From the IMG/VR virus record IMGVR_UViG_2645727714_000001, positions 1 to 64,000 of that record: 64,000 bases of DNA, one strand, 5' to 3'. Positions 9,864 through 19,433 of the stretch are shown here, piece by piece. The position numbers and the translations under genes were made by a program. The first letter of the stretch is position 1, and the number at the start of each line of letters is the position of its first letter. The notes under the pieces were generated by a model. It searched no databases and was not told the origin of the DNA. It was given only the letters and a program-made list of their open reading frames with translations. Source of the DNA: a virus (taxonomy: Duplodnaviria > Caudoviricetes).

Positions 9864-11097
9864 GTGACCGCGGCGGTGTCGAAGGCGCTGGCTGCGTGGA
9901 CCGAGCTGAACGACCGCCAGCAGGGAACGCTCGCGATCATCTTCGCGCTCGACCAGGCCGCCGAGGACGCGCACCGCGCGGCCGGCGCCAGCGGTGACTT
10001 CGACAACCGTCCCGCCTCGGTCTGGCCTCTCGCGGCTGGGACAACCAGGGCAACGGCTCGACTGTCGCCGCGCTGGAGACGCGCGGGCTGATCACGCGCG
10101 GCTCGCGGCCGACCCGCTTCGGCTGGATGATCACGGTCACGCTCACCCGGGCGGGCCGGGCCGCCGCCCGCGCGGGCACGTCGACGATGCCGGCCCGGAC
10201 GCCGAAGCCGGCGCTGTCGGAGCGGTCGTGGGAGGTGCTGGCGCTGCTGTGGATGGCCGACCGGCGCGGCGGCCGGCTGCGCTGGGGGCGCTCCGCGACC
10301 ATCGACCGGCGCCTGATCGAGGCGCATGTCCCGCCGCTGGCGGAGCGGAGCACCGGTGCGCTCGGCTACCGGATCACCGAGCGGGGCCGGGAGTTCTACC
10401 GCGAACACCACGCCACCCACGTTGCCGCCTACCCGGACGTCCGCGCCCCGCACCCGGACGGCGAGGCCGCGGACGTCCGGGTAGGCGGCGGCCGACGCGA
10501 TCCTTCTGCGGCACCGCGCGTACTACCGGGCGCTGTGCGCGCAGTGGCAGGCGGCCCGTGACGCGCAGCGGGCTGCCGAGGTCGAAGCCGCCGCGGTCGC
10601 GCCCGACCTGCCGGACGTCCTGCCCGCCTCGGTGCGGACGCAGTCCGCGGAGCGGCACGAGCTGTGGTGCGAGACCGCTCGGCAACGGGCCGAGCTCGCG
10701 GGAGTGCACGCCAGCGATCTGGCCAGCCGGGCCGAGCGGGCCGCTCGCGCCTACGCCGCCGCGGCGCTGGCCGCGTTCCGTGCGGCGACCGCGGGCACCG
10801 ATCCACTCGCCGTGCTTGAGCCGCCCGGTGAGGCCGACACCTGGGACGAGCGGCCCCTGGCACCGCCGCCCGACCGGCGTCCACGCGATCGACGACGCGG
10901 CGCGGAAGCTATTCGCTGCGGCCGTGGGTGCCCCGCCGTCTCGCCGCGGTCCCGCTCCCAAGCGTCGCGCTCGCCGTGTTGTAGCCGAGGCCGGGCCCCC
11001 ACCGCCTGGCGACGCGCTCGTCGACCTGGCCGAGTTCCTGCGCGGGTGGGTCGAGGGCGGGCCACTGACCCGCCGGTTGCACCCGGTCGACCACTGA
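9864..11097 (+). pseudogene. Frameshifted hypothetical gene (wHTH-like segments)
   Basis: Protein-like sequence continues across three frame changes near 10025, 10470-10485 and 10872. Confidence 0.65.
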
Positions 11098-11106
11098 CGC
11101 TGAGTG

Positions 11107-11583
11107 CTACCGCACGAGGAGGCTCACGGACTGTTGCGGATCTGAATGGTCCGGACGCTGATGCCAGGTGACCTCGATGCGCTCGGTGGTGGTATCCGTG
11201 GTCCGGAGGAGAACGAGTTGTTGCTGGTCTCCTGCCGGGAACTCATTGAAGGTGGTGACCTGGCCTGATGAGCCGAGCAGGTCGCCCGTGTCGACATGCA
11301 CGCCGTAGGCGGTGTCGGTCCCCGCCTGCTGGAGGTACCAGGTAGCACCGTTCGATGCGATGTCGGGTATCAACTCGAACCGCACGCGGTTCCGTTCGGC
11401 CTCGGCGACCTCGTCCGCCCGCCGGGCCTGCTCGATCCGCACCGTCTCCGCCGCGGCGTCTGCGGCGCGCTGCGCCTCTGCGACAGCGAGGTCGGCCGCG
11501 TGCTTCTGCCCCCGCGCGAACCAGGCCGAGGCCGCAGAAGCCAAGAGTGCGAGGCAGGCAACGACGAACGCGGCGATGGCCAT
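11107..11583 (-). CDS. Hypothetical protein with N-terminal TM/signal anchor
   Basis: MAIAAFVVACLALLASAASAW, then coiled coil and beta-rich domain. Confidence 0.65.
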   Translation of the reverse strand: MAIAAFVVACLALLASAASAWFARGQKHAADLAVAEAQRAADAAAETVRIEQARRADEVAEAERNRVRFELIPDIASNGATWYLQQAGTDTAYGVHVDTGDLLGSSGQVTTFNEFPAGDQQQLVLLRTTDTTTERIEVTWHQRPDHSDPQQSVSLLVR

Positions 11584-11774
11584 GGGGCGGAACGCTACCG
11601 TTCAGCGCACTTGTGGCGATTCGGGGCCTCGAGCTGGCCGGCGCAGCCTGGCCGGGCGGCTTCCTGCAGCCTAGGACCGCAGAAACTACACAGCTGTGAC
11701 TTTGCGGTCGCCGTGGCTGGCCGTAGTCCCTACGATCTAGGGGACATCTCCGTCGGCCGGGAGGGTGACCCGCC

Positions 11775-12227
11775 ATGTCGAAGACTGTCGCTCCGAGACG
11801 GGGCGCCCTTCGGCGCGTGGACCGGATGCGGGCCCAGCTTCGCCGCGCGCAGCTGGTTCGGGACGCCCTGGAGGACGCGCGGGACTGCGCCGCGTTCGAC
11901 GCCTACGTGTACGGACTGCTGTTCGCCCCGCTCGAGGATCTGTCCGCGGCGCAGCGGCGCCAGCGTGCCGAGATCGAGCGGGTGACGCTGTCGGACCCGG
12001 AGGCCGAGGCGGCGATCGAGCGCCAGCGTGCCGCCAGCCGGACACCGGCACCGGCATGGCCTTCGCGGGTGGTGCTGGCGCACCTGGCGGCCTGGCTGCG
12101 GGAGATGGCGCTGGAGGTGTCCATCCCCGAGCCGGCGCCGTCGCGCCGGACGCCTGCCTCCCGGAGGATGGACCGAAGTGCTGGCCGGCGTTCACTCACT
12201 GCGGCGCCAACCGCTCGCACGCCCTGA
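11775..12227 (+). CDS. Hypothetical protein
   Basis: Plausible codon bias; start uncertain; overlaps the convergent gene by 36 bp. Confidence 0.45.
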   Translation: MSKTVAPRRGALRRVDRMRAQLRRAQLVRDALEDARDCAAFDAYVYGLLFAPLEDLSAAQRRQRAEIERVTLSDPEAEAAIERQRAASRTPAPAWPSRVVLAHLAAWLREMALEVSIPEPAPSRRTPASRRMDRSAGRRSLTAAPTARTP

Positions 12228-12773
12228 GAGGCTCCAGCGCACCACCTCGGCAGTGAAGGCGAGGGTGACGCCGCTCTCGGCGACCGCGAGCACGGTGAGT
12301 GCGCCGATCGGAGCGAGGGTCCAGTAGGCCGCCAGGGCGGCGATACTGGCGGCCGAGAAGGCGATCAGGTCGACAGCAACGTGGCCGATCTTGCCGAGTC
12401 GGCGCTCGATGCCGGTCCGGCGAGTGGATTCCCAGCCGAAGGCGGTGGCCCCGTCGGGCAGGCGCTGGCCGATGCGCCCACCGAGATCCCTGCGCAGGTA
12501 CTCCCGAATCTGCACGATCTTCTTGTCGTTGGCGAGGTAGGTCCAGCCGAGGACGGCTGCCACGGCGGGCAGCGCCAGCATGATGTGTACGGGCCCGCCA
12601 CCGCCGAGCACGCCTGCGACGATGGCGGCGTAGGCGGCCAGCGTGGCGTAGAGCAGGTTGTCCCGGGTGCCGATGCGGGCGAGCTGCTCGGCCTTGAGGG
12701 CCTGGTACTCGGCGAGCATCAGCTCGACGTCGAGGTCGGCCTCCCGATGGCCTCCGCTGGCGATGCTCGTCAC
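12192..12773 (-). CDS. Integral membrane protein (~4 TM)
   Basis: LAEYQALKAEQLARIGTRDNL followed by two hydrophobic hairpins. Confidence 0.75.
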   Translation of the reverse strand: MTSIASGGHREADLDVELMLAEYQALKAEQLARIGTRDNLLYATLAAYAAIVAGVLGGGGPVHIMLALPAVAAVLGWTYLANDKKIVQIREYLRRDLGGRIGQRLPDGATAFGWESTRRTGIERRLGKIGHVAVDLIAFSAASIAALAAYWTLAPIGALTVLAVAESGVTLAFTAEVVRWSLSGRASGWRRSE

Positions 12774-13156
12774 CGATCCACCTCGCGCACCGCCCGCTCG
12801 ACGACGGCCTTGCCGAGGTCGCGGTGGAACAGGTCCACTTCGCCACCAGCCGCACGCAGCCCGTCGGCGATCATTTCGCCGGCAACCGGTCCACGGTGCC
12901 GGCCGCCGGCGCAGAAGCTGGTGATTGTCACCTCGTCCTCGTCCAGCGCGAGCGCGCGGGCGACAGTCTCGTCGACGAGGTCGGTCACGCCCGGTGTGCC
13001 GCGGACGGCGTCCTGGACCTCCTGGTCATGCGCGGTCAGGTACCGCAGGTTCGCGGCGGCGTGCGGGTCTCGGTAGGGGCGCAGGTCGACCTCGATATCG
13101 GTCTCGCCGGGGTCGCCGTGCAGGTAGCCGCCGGAGGTGATCTGGTAGCGGGTCAT
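12770..13156 (-). CDS. Stand-alone RapZ C-terminal-like domain protein
   Basis: DLRPYRDPH..LRYLTAHDQEVQDAV, FCAGGRHR, HRDL. Confidence 0.8.
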   Translation of the reverse strand: MTRYQITSGGYLHGDPGETDIEVDLRPYRDPHAAANLRYLTAHDQEVQDAVRGTPGVTDLVDETVARALALDEDEVTITSFCAGGRHRGPVAGEMIADGLRAAGGEVDLFHRDLGKAVVERAVREVDR

Positions 13157-13184
13157 GGGGTGCTCCTTCGTGCGGTGGGCGGGT

Positions 13185-13382
13185 TCAGGACTCGTCGACG
13201 GAGGCGAACGCGGAGATGGCGACGTTCGCCAGGTCGCAGCCCTGGGCGCGGGCGATGACGATCGGGTCGAATCCGGGGTGCTGGCGGGTGATCAACCACT
13301 CGACCTCGCGGACGAGGCCGCGCTCGGCCTGGACGCCGGCGTAGGTGGTGCCGTCCTTGCTGGTCTTCGGGGGGACGAGCAT
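13185..13382 (-). CDS. Hypothetical protein
   Basis: AAGGAG RBS; in operon. Confidence 0.55.
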   Translation of the reverse strand: MLVPPKTSKDGTTYAGVQAERGLVREVEWLITRQHPGFDPIVIARAQGCDLANVAISAFASVDES

Positions 13383-13404
13383 CGGGTTCTCCTTCTGGGG
13401 CGGA

Positions 13405-13872
13405 CTACTGGTGGTCGAGCGGGAGGACGGACAGCTCTGCGTTCTCCCAGGCGTATTCGCTGGCCGGGTCGCGCCACGGGCGGATCACCGAGACCTCGCG
13501 ACCGGGGGAGTCCTCGTAGGGCTGGCCCGGGTACTCGTGGGACTCGGGATCGGCGTCCCAGTCCTCGCGACTGAGCCAGGGGGACTCGCCGCGGCGGACG
13601 TACCAGCCGACGGCGCGTGCCGCGTGGTCGGGATCGCGCAGGGAGAGGCGCTCGGTGCTGGTCTCCCAGACCAGGTCGCCGACCTGCGGGGTACTCATCC
13701 GCTCCCGCAGGCGCTGGATGATCCCGGCCTCGGGGTTGCCAAGGGACAAAGCCAGTCGGAGCAGTCCGCCAGCGGCGATGAGCCGCTGCGCTTCGGTCAT
13801 CTCCGCGGCCGGGGTCGGCTCCTGGCCGACGTTCCAGTTGTTCGGCTCGGGCGTGGGTCGGTGCTCGATCAT
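13405..13872 (-). CDS. Hypothetical protein
   Basis: GGAGG RBS; codon bias. Confidence 0.65.
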   Translation of the reverse strand: MIEHRPTPEPNNWNVGQEPTPAAEMTEAQRLIAAGGLLRLALSLGNPEAGIIQRLRERMSTPQVGDLVWETSTERLSLRDPDHAARAVGWYVRRGESPWLSREDWDADPESHEYPGQPYEDSPGREVSVIRPWRDPASEYAWENAELSVLPLDHQ

Positions 13873-13882
13873 CGGTCCTCCG

Positions 13883-14548
13883 TCAGGTGTTGGCCGCGAG
13901 CGCCAGCAGCGGCTCGTGGGCGAGGTAGAGCTGCTCGCCGGCGGCGGTCAGCGCGGCGTGCAGGGCGTCCAGATCGACATACGGCCACCAGCGGGCGTCG
14001 GTTGCGTCGTCCTCTCCGGTCACCTCGGCGGGCTCGGCCAGCTCGAACCGGCCGAGCGTGGACGAGATCCAGGCCCAGTCGGTGTTGCGCGGGTCGTCGA
14101 CTACGCCGGACCACAGCACCTCGACCGGCACGCCAGTGAGGTTGAGCCCGGTCTCCTCGGTCAGTTCACGCCGCATGGCCTGCTCGGCGTGCTCGCCGGC
14201 ATCGGTCATCCCGCCTGGGATGGCCCACTGGCCGGCGTCGCCCCGGCGGATGAGCAGCACCTGGCGGTCCGCGCCAGCTCCGGCGGTGACCAGCGCGTCG
14301 GCGGCGGCGTTTTCGCCCCACGCGCCCAGGTCGCGGCCGATGCGCCCGGTGGGGCCGGCGGGGTTGACCGGGCGGCCGTCCACGACCTCGAAGGGGACAA
14401 CAGCGCGTGCCTGGCGGGCGGGCCAGTCAGTGATCTCGCTCGGGTCGAGCTGGGTGTCGCGCACCCATCCCTCGCGGACGCTGGCCGCGATGCATTCGGC
14501 GCGCAGCTCGGGCGGGGTGATGTCGGCGGTAATGCGGGTGTCGGCCAC
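13883..14548 (-). CDS. Nudix hydrolase, NUDT9/ADP-ribose pyrophosphatase-like
   Basis: Nudix box GGMTDAGE.AEQAMRRELTEETG; GRPVNPAGPTG..GR.LG.WGEN.AAD and DDPRNTDWAW. Confidence 0.87.
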   Translation of the reverse strand: MADTRITADITPPELRAECIAASVREGWVRDTQLDPSEITDWPARQARAVVPFEVVDGRPVNPAGPTGRIGRDLGAWGENAAADALVTAGAGADRQVLLIRRGDAGQWAIPGGMTDAGEHAEQAMRRELTEETGLNLTGVPVEVLWSGVVDDPRNTDWAWISSTLGRFELAEPAEVTGEDDATDARWWPYVDLDALHAALTAAGEQLYLAHEPLLALAANT

Positions 14549-14586
14549 GGCGCCTCTCCTCGTGGAGTCCTGAACGGCGGTGCGTC

Positions 14587-14811
14587 TCAGAACGGCGGCT
14601 CGTCGGCGTAGCCACCAGCCGGCGGCGGGTACTTGATCAGAGACACCGGCGGGTCGGGGTACGGGTCGCAGGCCGGGGTGCCGCCGCAGACGCAGTCCCG
14701 GTCATGGCCCGGGTCAACCGGGCCGGTCGGCTGGAGCGCCGCCTCGTAGTCGGCGGCCGGATATCCGATCAGGTAGTCGAACAGGAACTCGGCGCTGCTC
14801 CTGGCGGTCAC
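14587..14811 (-). CDS. Small hypothetical protein ending DEPPF
   Basis: In operon; acidic Phe tail. Confidence 0.45.
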   Translation of the reverse strand: MTARSSAEFLFDYLIGYPAADYEAALQPTGPVDPGHDRDCVCGGTPACDPYPDPPVSLIKYPPPAGGYADEPPF

Positions 14812-14813
14812 GA

Positions 14814-14975
14814 TCAGGCCTCCTGCGCCACATGGACGTAGGCGGCAGTCCCGCCGTCGTGGTGGGTGTCGTCGTGGGCACCGGCCAGGTCGAGACCGGC
14901 GAACAGGTCGTCCGTCTCCACGGCGAGGTCGGGGCAGATCTGGCAGCGGACGGCGAGGACCTGGGTGGTGTCCAT
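14814..14975 (-). CDS. Small CxxC/His protein
   Basis: AGGAGG RBS; MDTTQVLAVRCQICP...AHDDTHH. Confidence 0.5.
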   Translation of the reverse strand: MDTTQVLAVRCQICPDLAVETDDLFAGLDLAGAHDDTHHDGGTAAYVHVAQEA

Positions 14976-15002
14976 CGGACCTCCTGGGTGCGGAAGCGGG
15001 GT

Positions 15003-15033
15003 GCCCCGCCCGGCCGCGGTGGCCGGGCGGGGC
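15003..15033 (-). terminator. Strong GC hairpin
   Basis: 13-bp stem GCCCCGCCCGGCC / GGCCGGGCGGGGC just after the 15042 stop. Confidence 0.55.
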
Positions 15034-15041
15034 GAGGCGGA

Positions 15042-15680
15042 TCAGGCGGTCTTGCGGGCGGCGATCAGCTCGGCGATGTAGCCGCCCTTGTCGGCGGCGT
15101 CCTCCATCTCGGCGATCACCTTGTGGTCCCGAGCGGCCCACGCAGTCCGGTAGGCCGCGATGGCCTCGGCCCGCTCGTCGCGCTGGCCGTTGTCGACGAT
15201 CTCGACGTCGGGGTTCCATCCGCCGTCGGTACGGACCGGGATGGCTCGGATGGCCAGGATGTTGTTGCCGGCGAGTTCCGCCTTGGCCGCGGCGATCACG
15301 CGGCCGACGTAGTAGCCCTTCTTGGCGTTGTTGCGAACCCGGACGGGCCGGTCCATCGCCTCCGAGGGGTTGAACCACCCGGCGGTGCGGCCGTTGGCGT
15401 CCAGCAGGCGCCACGCCTTGCGGGTCCCGCCGAAGCGGGCCTCCTTGAACTCCAGACGGGCCGGGACCAGGTTGCCGTCCAGGCCGAACAGGGCCGGGAA
15501 GTCCCAGACCCCGCCGCGCTCGATGATCGCGGCCTCCAGGCGCCGCTCGTCGGCGCTGAGGCCGGCCGCGCGCTGGGTGAGCATGCCGTCCGCGCCGCAC
15601 CGCTGGCGGGACTCGGCGGCCTGGGTGTCGAAGGCGTTGGCCTCGGCGCGGAGCTGCTCGGCGGTGGCGTTGGTGCGCAT
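15042..15680 (-). CDS. Hypothetical phage protein
   Basis: GAGGAG RBS; strong codon bias. Confidence 0.7.
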   Translation of the reverse strand: MRTNATAEQLRAEANAFDTQAAESRQRCGADGMLTQRAAGLSADERRLEAAIIERGGVWDFPALFGLDGNLVPARLEFKEARFGGTRKAWRLLDANGRTAGWFNPSEAMDRPVRVRNNAKKGYYVGRVIAAAKAELAGNNILAIRAIPVRTDGGWNPDVEIVDNGQRDERAEAIAAYRTAWAARDHKVIAEMEDAADKGGYIAELIAARKTA

Positions 15681-15813
15681 CTGGGTCTCCTCCCGTGCCC
15701 CCCGCGGGGGCACGACTCAATACTACAACGCTGCGTTGGCGTTTTAGGTCGGATCGCGAGATCCATGTGACTCAGATCACCAATCCAGCGTTGGGGATTT
15801 CTGAAACGATCGG

Positions 15814-16080
15814 GTGATGACCGAGAACTCCGACCCGCTGCTGACGGTGGCGGAGGTGGCCGCGCTGCTGGAGATCAGCCCGGCCACCTGGCGCAGCTAC
15901 GTCTCCCGTGCGGCCCAGACCGGCGTCCCTGCTCCGGACGACCCGGACCTGGACCGCCCGTCGTCGCGGCGCTCCCCACGGTGGCGGCGCTCCACGATCG
16001 AGACCTGGGCGGCCACCCGGCGCCCCCCGGGCCGTCCCCGCAAGAACCCCGAGGCAGGCGCGGCGGACGAGGCCGACTGA
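15814..16080 (+). CDS. AlpA/Xis-like HTH DNA-binding protein
   Basis: LLTVAEVAALLEISPATWRSYVSR..PAPD..PRWRRSTIETW; GRP AT-hook-like tail. Confidence 0.75.
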   Translation: MMTENSDPLLTVAEVAALLEISPATWRSYVSRAAQTGVPAPDDPDLDRPSSRRSPRWRRSTIETWAATRRPPGRPRKNPEAGAADEAD

Positions 16081-16119
16081 CCCGCGCCTCGTCCGCACGT
16101 CGGTGTGAGACACGAGCGG

Positions 16120-16356
16120 TCAGGCGGCGGGGCTGCAGGGGAGGACCCCGTCGGCCGGGCCGAGCAGGACAGCGGCTAGGGCTCCGACGAGCGCGGTCAG
16201 CTCGTTCAGGCTTCCCTCGACCACCAGGGCGGTGGCGCCCGGGTCGCCGATCACCACGGCGTGGTCGGCGATGACGTTGTCACCGAGCTCGGCGCCGGGG
16301 CCGAGCAGCTCGACCTCCGCCTCGGACGCCGCGATGTTCTCGTAGCGGGCGCTCAT
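16120..16356 (-). CDS. Hypothetical protein
   Basis: TGATG coupling to upstream gene. Confidence 0.55.
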   Translation of the reverse strand: MSARYENIAASEAEVELLGPGAELGDNVIADHAVVIGDPGATALVVEGSLNELTALVGALAAVLLGPADGVLPCSPAA

Positions 16357-16571
16357 CAGTCCTCGATCTCCTGGGTCAGGTCGGCGTCGATCCAGCGGTG
16401 TCCGCGCCCGGACGTCGGCTGGACCAAAAGCTGGGTGCGGCCGTAGCTGACCCGGGCGTCGTGCACCCGCACGCCAACGAGCACCTTGCCGGTGGTGATG
16501 GAGGTGGCCGGGGCGAGCCACAGCAGCTCAGCCCTGGTGCGGGCGAGCTCGCGGGCCTGGTCGAGCGTCAC
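16356..16571 (-). CDS. Hypothetical protein
   Basis: GTGA overlap with the ardC-like gene. Confidence 0.6.
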   Translation of the reverse strand: MTLDQARELARTRAELLWLAPATSITTGKVLVGVRVHDARVSYGRTQLLVQPTSGRGHRWIDADLTQEIED

Positions 16572-17521
16572 GCCGCTTCCTCCGCCCGTTCGGCGCCGCG
16601 CCGGGGCCGCTCGACCCCGAGCTCGGCGAGGATCCGCTCGGCGGTGTCGGCCACCCGCTGGGCGGAGGCCTTGACCGCTCCGTCGCCCTCGCCGGCCCAG
16701 TGAGCGACATAGGGGACCGAGTACGCCAGCGTGTCCAGTCCGCAGAGGTCCGCGACGATGCAGGCCACGGACTCGGCCTCCACCTCCCGGACGTGGCCGG
16801 ACATGTCCGCGGTGTGGCCCAGCAGGACGTGCGCCAGCTCGTGGCACAGGGTCTTCGCGGCCTGCGCCGGGTCGACGCCCTCGCGGATCCGCACCACCCG
16901 TGTCTCGTGGTTGACGTGGCCGTAGGCCCGGCCGTCACCGCCTGCGGATCCCCGCTCGATCGCGTAACCGGCGGCGGCCACCTGCCTGGCCAGGCCATCC
17001 CAGAGCCCAGCGGGGGCGTCCCCGCGCAGCTCCACCGGCAGCTCCGGATCGACTCGGGCGGGCGGCTCGACGAGCTGGGAGACGTCTACGACGGGTACGA
17101 GGATGAAGCCGCGCTGGACGAGCGTGGCCGTCTTTGGTTCCGCGCCGGGCTCGCTCGCGGTTCCTTCGGCCGGGGTGTCCTGCTGCTGGAGCTGGACCCG
17201 GCTGCTGGTGGGCTTCCAGATCTTGATCTGCGTCTCGCCCTTGCGCATGCGGCACCCGGCGTCGTTCCAGGCCTTCAGCGGACGGACGTCCGTGGCATCC
17301 GGGCACTGCATCAGGATCATGATCTGGTTGCCCACGGAGTAGTTCAGCCACCGGCGGGAGGCGAGGAACTGGCGCCAGCCGGTCTCGGTGGTCAGCCGCT
17401 CGACTCCGGCGGCGAGCTGGGCGCGGGCGGTCTCGATCCGCTCGGCGCGCTGCTCCGGGGTGAGGGCGTAGCGGCTCTTGCTGGACGAGCGGCTGGTGCG
17501 CTTGCGGGTGTCCGTTGACAC
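16568..17521 (-). CDS. ardC: ArdC-like anti-restriction protein (ssDNA-binding domain + HExxH metallopeptidase-like domain)
   Basis: WRQFL...YSVGNQIMILMQ.P.AT.V...AW..G..MRKGE; KTLCHELAH..EVEAESVA. Confidence 0.85.
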   Translation of the reverse strand: MSTDTRKRTSRSSSKSRYALTPEQRAERIETARAQLAAGVERLTTETGWRQFLASRRWLNYSVGNQIMILMQCPDATDVRPLKAWNDAGCRMRKGETQIKIWKPTSSRVQLQQQDTPAEGTASEPGAEPKTATLVQRGFILVPVVDVSQLVEPPARVDPELPVELRGDAPAGLWDGLARQVAAAGYAIERGSAGGDGRAYGHVNHETRVVRIREGVDPAQAAKTLCHELAHVLLGHTADMSGHVREVEAESVACIVADLCGLDTLAYSVPYVAHWAGEGDGAVKASAQRVADTAERILAELGVERPRRGAERAEEAA

Positions 17522-18158
17522 GTGCGCTCCTTGGTGCGGCGAGAGGGTGGAACGAGAGAGGGAGAGAGGGCCCGGGGCATGGCTGTGCATGGGTGCCGGC
17601 TGGCACCGGGCCCCGGTGGCTAGCGGGCGGTCTTGTCGGGGGTGTCGTCTCCGGGTTGCGCGTCGTCGTTCTGGCGCTCGATCACGAAGCGGGCCATGCT
17701 CCCGGCCTCGATGTACTGGGCACAGAAGTAGGCGCCCGCCCCGATCAGGGTGAACAGGACGGCGCTGAGGACGCTGGCCATGGTCAGAACTCCTTGCGGT
17801 TGCTGTGGTGGGTGGCGGTGAGCGAGGTCAGCGGGGGCCCAGCTTGCGCGGCGGGACGAACCCGCGGGGGTGGCGGTGCTGCGGCAGTCCCCGGCGGCGC
17901 GCTCCGGCCCGGCGCGGCGGGCGGGTGCACCACTCCGCGACGTCGGCCTGGGCGTCGGGGTCGACGGAGGCGCTCAGGGCGAGGCGGGCCAGGCGGCTCG
18001 GGTCAGCGGCGGTGGTCATGGTCAGCTCTCCGATCCGGAGTCGGGGTGGCGGCGCTTGCGAAGCAAGCGCATGAGGGCGTCGAGTGCGCCGATGCTGTCC
18101 AGCACCGGCAGGAAAAGCAGGGCGGCCACGAGCGGGCCGAGCGCGAGTAGCCAGGCCA

Positions 18159-19292
18159 TCACGCACCCGCCCCGGCCAGCCGGTACCGGACGGCCTTGCC
18201 GCGCGAGCCCTTGCCGTCAGCGACCATGCGGCCATCGGTCACGAGGCCGTCCAGCTCGCGGCGCACGCGCTCGATGTCAGCCGCGCTCGCGTCCTTGCCG
18301 ATCCAGGCGGCGGCGACTTCGGGGGCGGTGAGGCCTTCGGGCTGGCCGCTCGCGACCACGTCCACCACGTCCCGCGGGTCAAGCGCGAGCTTGACGTCGG
18401 CCTCCTTGACCGTGATGCCGCGACCGAGCAGCCACAGCCGGGCGTCGAAGGCATCGCGGCTGCCGACCCGCTCGAAGGCCAGGCGCAGCGCGTCAACGCC
18501 GGTCATGGTGCGCAGCAGGGTGACCTCGCGGACCCGGGCAATGGCCTCGTCCACGTCGGTGATGCCCTCGCGCTGGGCCAGCTTCCAGGCGGCCCAGGTC
18601 TCGCGGGTGGCCACCGACGGCAGCCACCGCTTGCCGAAGTCTCCGATCTTGACGCCCTGGAACCGCAGGCCCTCGTCGATCCGCTTCCACCGGCGCGCGA
18701 ACGCGAGCGTGATCTCCAGCAGTGCCGGGCCGGTCAGGCTCATTACCGGGAAGAACCACTCGTCCCACTCGGCGGTCGTGCTGGTGCCGAAGCCGTAGTT
18801 GATCCCGGCGCTGATCAGCGCGATGGACCAGGAGACCAGGTGGAAGGCCCCGCCGTGCTCGCCGCGCAGGGCGGCGATGGTGACCATGGTTATGCCGACG
18901 ATGGCGGTGCCATCCAGGGCGAGCAGCGGCAGCCACACCAGCCAGGTGTCCAGGTCCAGGCCGTGGATCGGCTCGCCGGCCCACTTGATCAGGTGGGCGC
19001 CGGACAGGGCGGTCGGGGCGATGATCACGGCGGCCAGCGCGACGACCGCTACGCGCCACAGCTTCTCGGTGGCGGTCAGCTTCGCCTTCGGCTCGCCCTT
19101 CTTCTCGCTTGGGGCCTCGGCGCGCTCGGGCTTCGGCGCCTTCCTCGTCTTCCACTCGCCCCCCCGCGGTGACACGGAGGCCACGTCCGGGTCCTGTAGG
19201 CCGTAGTCCATCGTGTCGCCCTCCGGATCTCCGGCGGGCGGTGTGTCGTACGTCTCAGTCGGGGGCGGAACGGTCCCGTTCCTGCTGCTCAC
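18159..19292 (-). CDS. DUF2637 / Spd-like membrane protein of actinomycete conjugative elements
   Basis: ~4 TM with PLLALDG, then RWLP..TRETWAAWKLA..EGI and a C-terminal wHTH-like segment; divergent from the TraB-like gene. Confidence 0.72.
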   Translation of the reverse strand: MSSRNGTVPPPTETYDTPPAGDPEGDTMDYGLQDPDVASVSPRGGEWKTRKAPKPERAEAPSEKKGEPKAKLTATEKLWRVAVVALAAVIIAPTALSGAHLIKWAGEPIHGLDLDTWLVWLPLLALDGTAIVGITMVTIAALRGEHGGAFHLVSWSIALISAGINYGFGTSTTAEWDEWFFPVMSLTGPALLEITLAFARRWKRIDEGLRFQGVKIGDFGKRWLPSVATRETWAAWKLAQREGITDVDEAIARVREVTLLRTMTGVDALRLAFERVGSRDAFDARLWLLGRGITVKEADVKLALDPRDVVDVVASGQPEGLTAPEVAAAWIGKDASAADIERVRRELDGLVTDGRMVADGKGSRGKAVRYRLAGAGA

Positions 19293-19367
19293 AGCACTCT
19301 CCTTGGCGTGTGGCGCCGTCCCGCTCGGCTGGGTGACGGCGACTTTCACATCGCCATCTTACATGGT

Positions 19368-19394
19368 CTGTAGTCAATGTGTAGGCTGTAGTCA
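19368..19394. promoter_or_regulatory. Operator-like tandem CTGTAGTCA repeat in the divergent spd/tra promoter region
   Basis: CTGTAGTCAATGTGTAGG-CTGTAGTCA; 17/18 match inverted at 28705-28722. Confidence 0.6.
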
Positions 19395-19433
19395 TGTTCG
19401 AAACCGGCACCGGCCACGAGGAGGGACGCGCTG

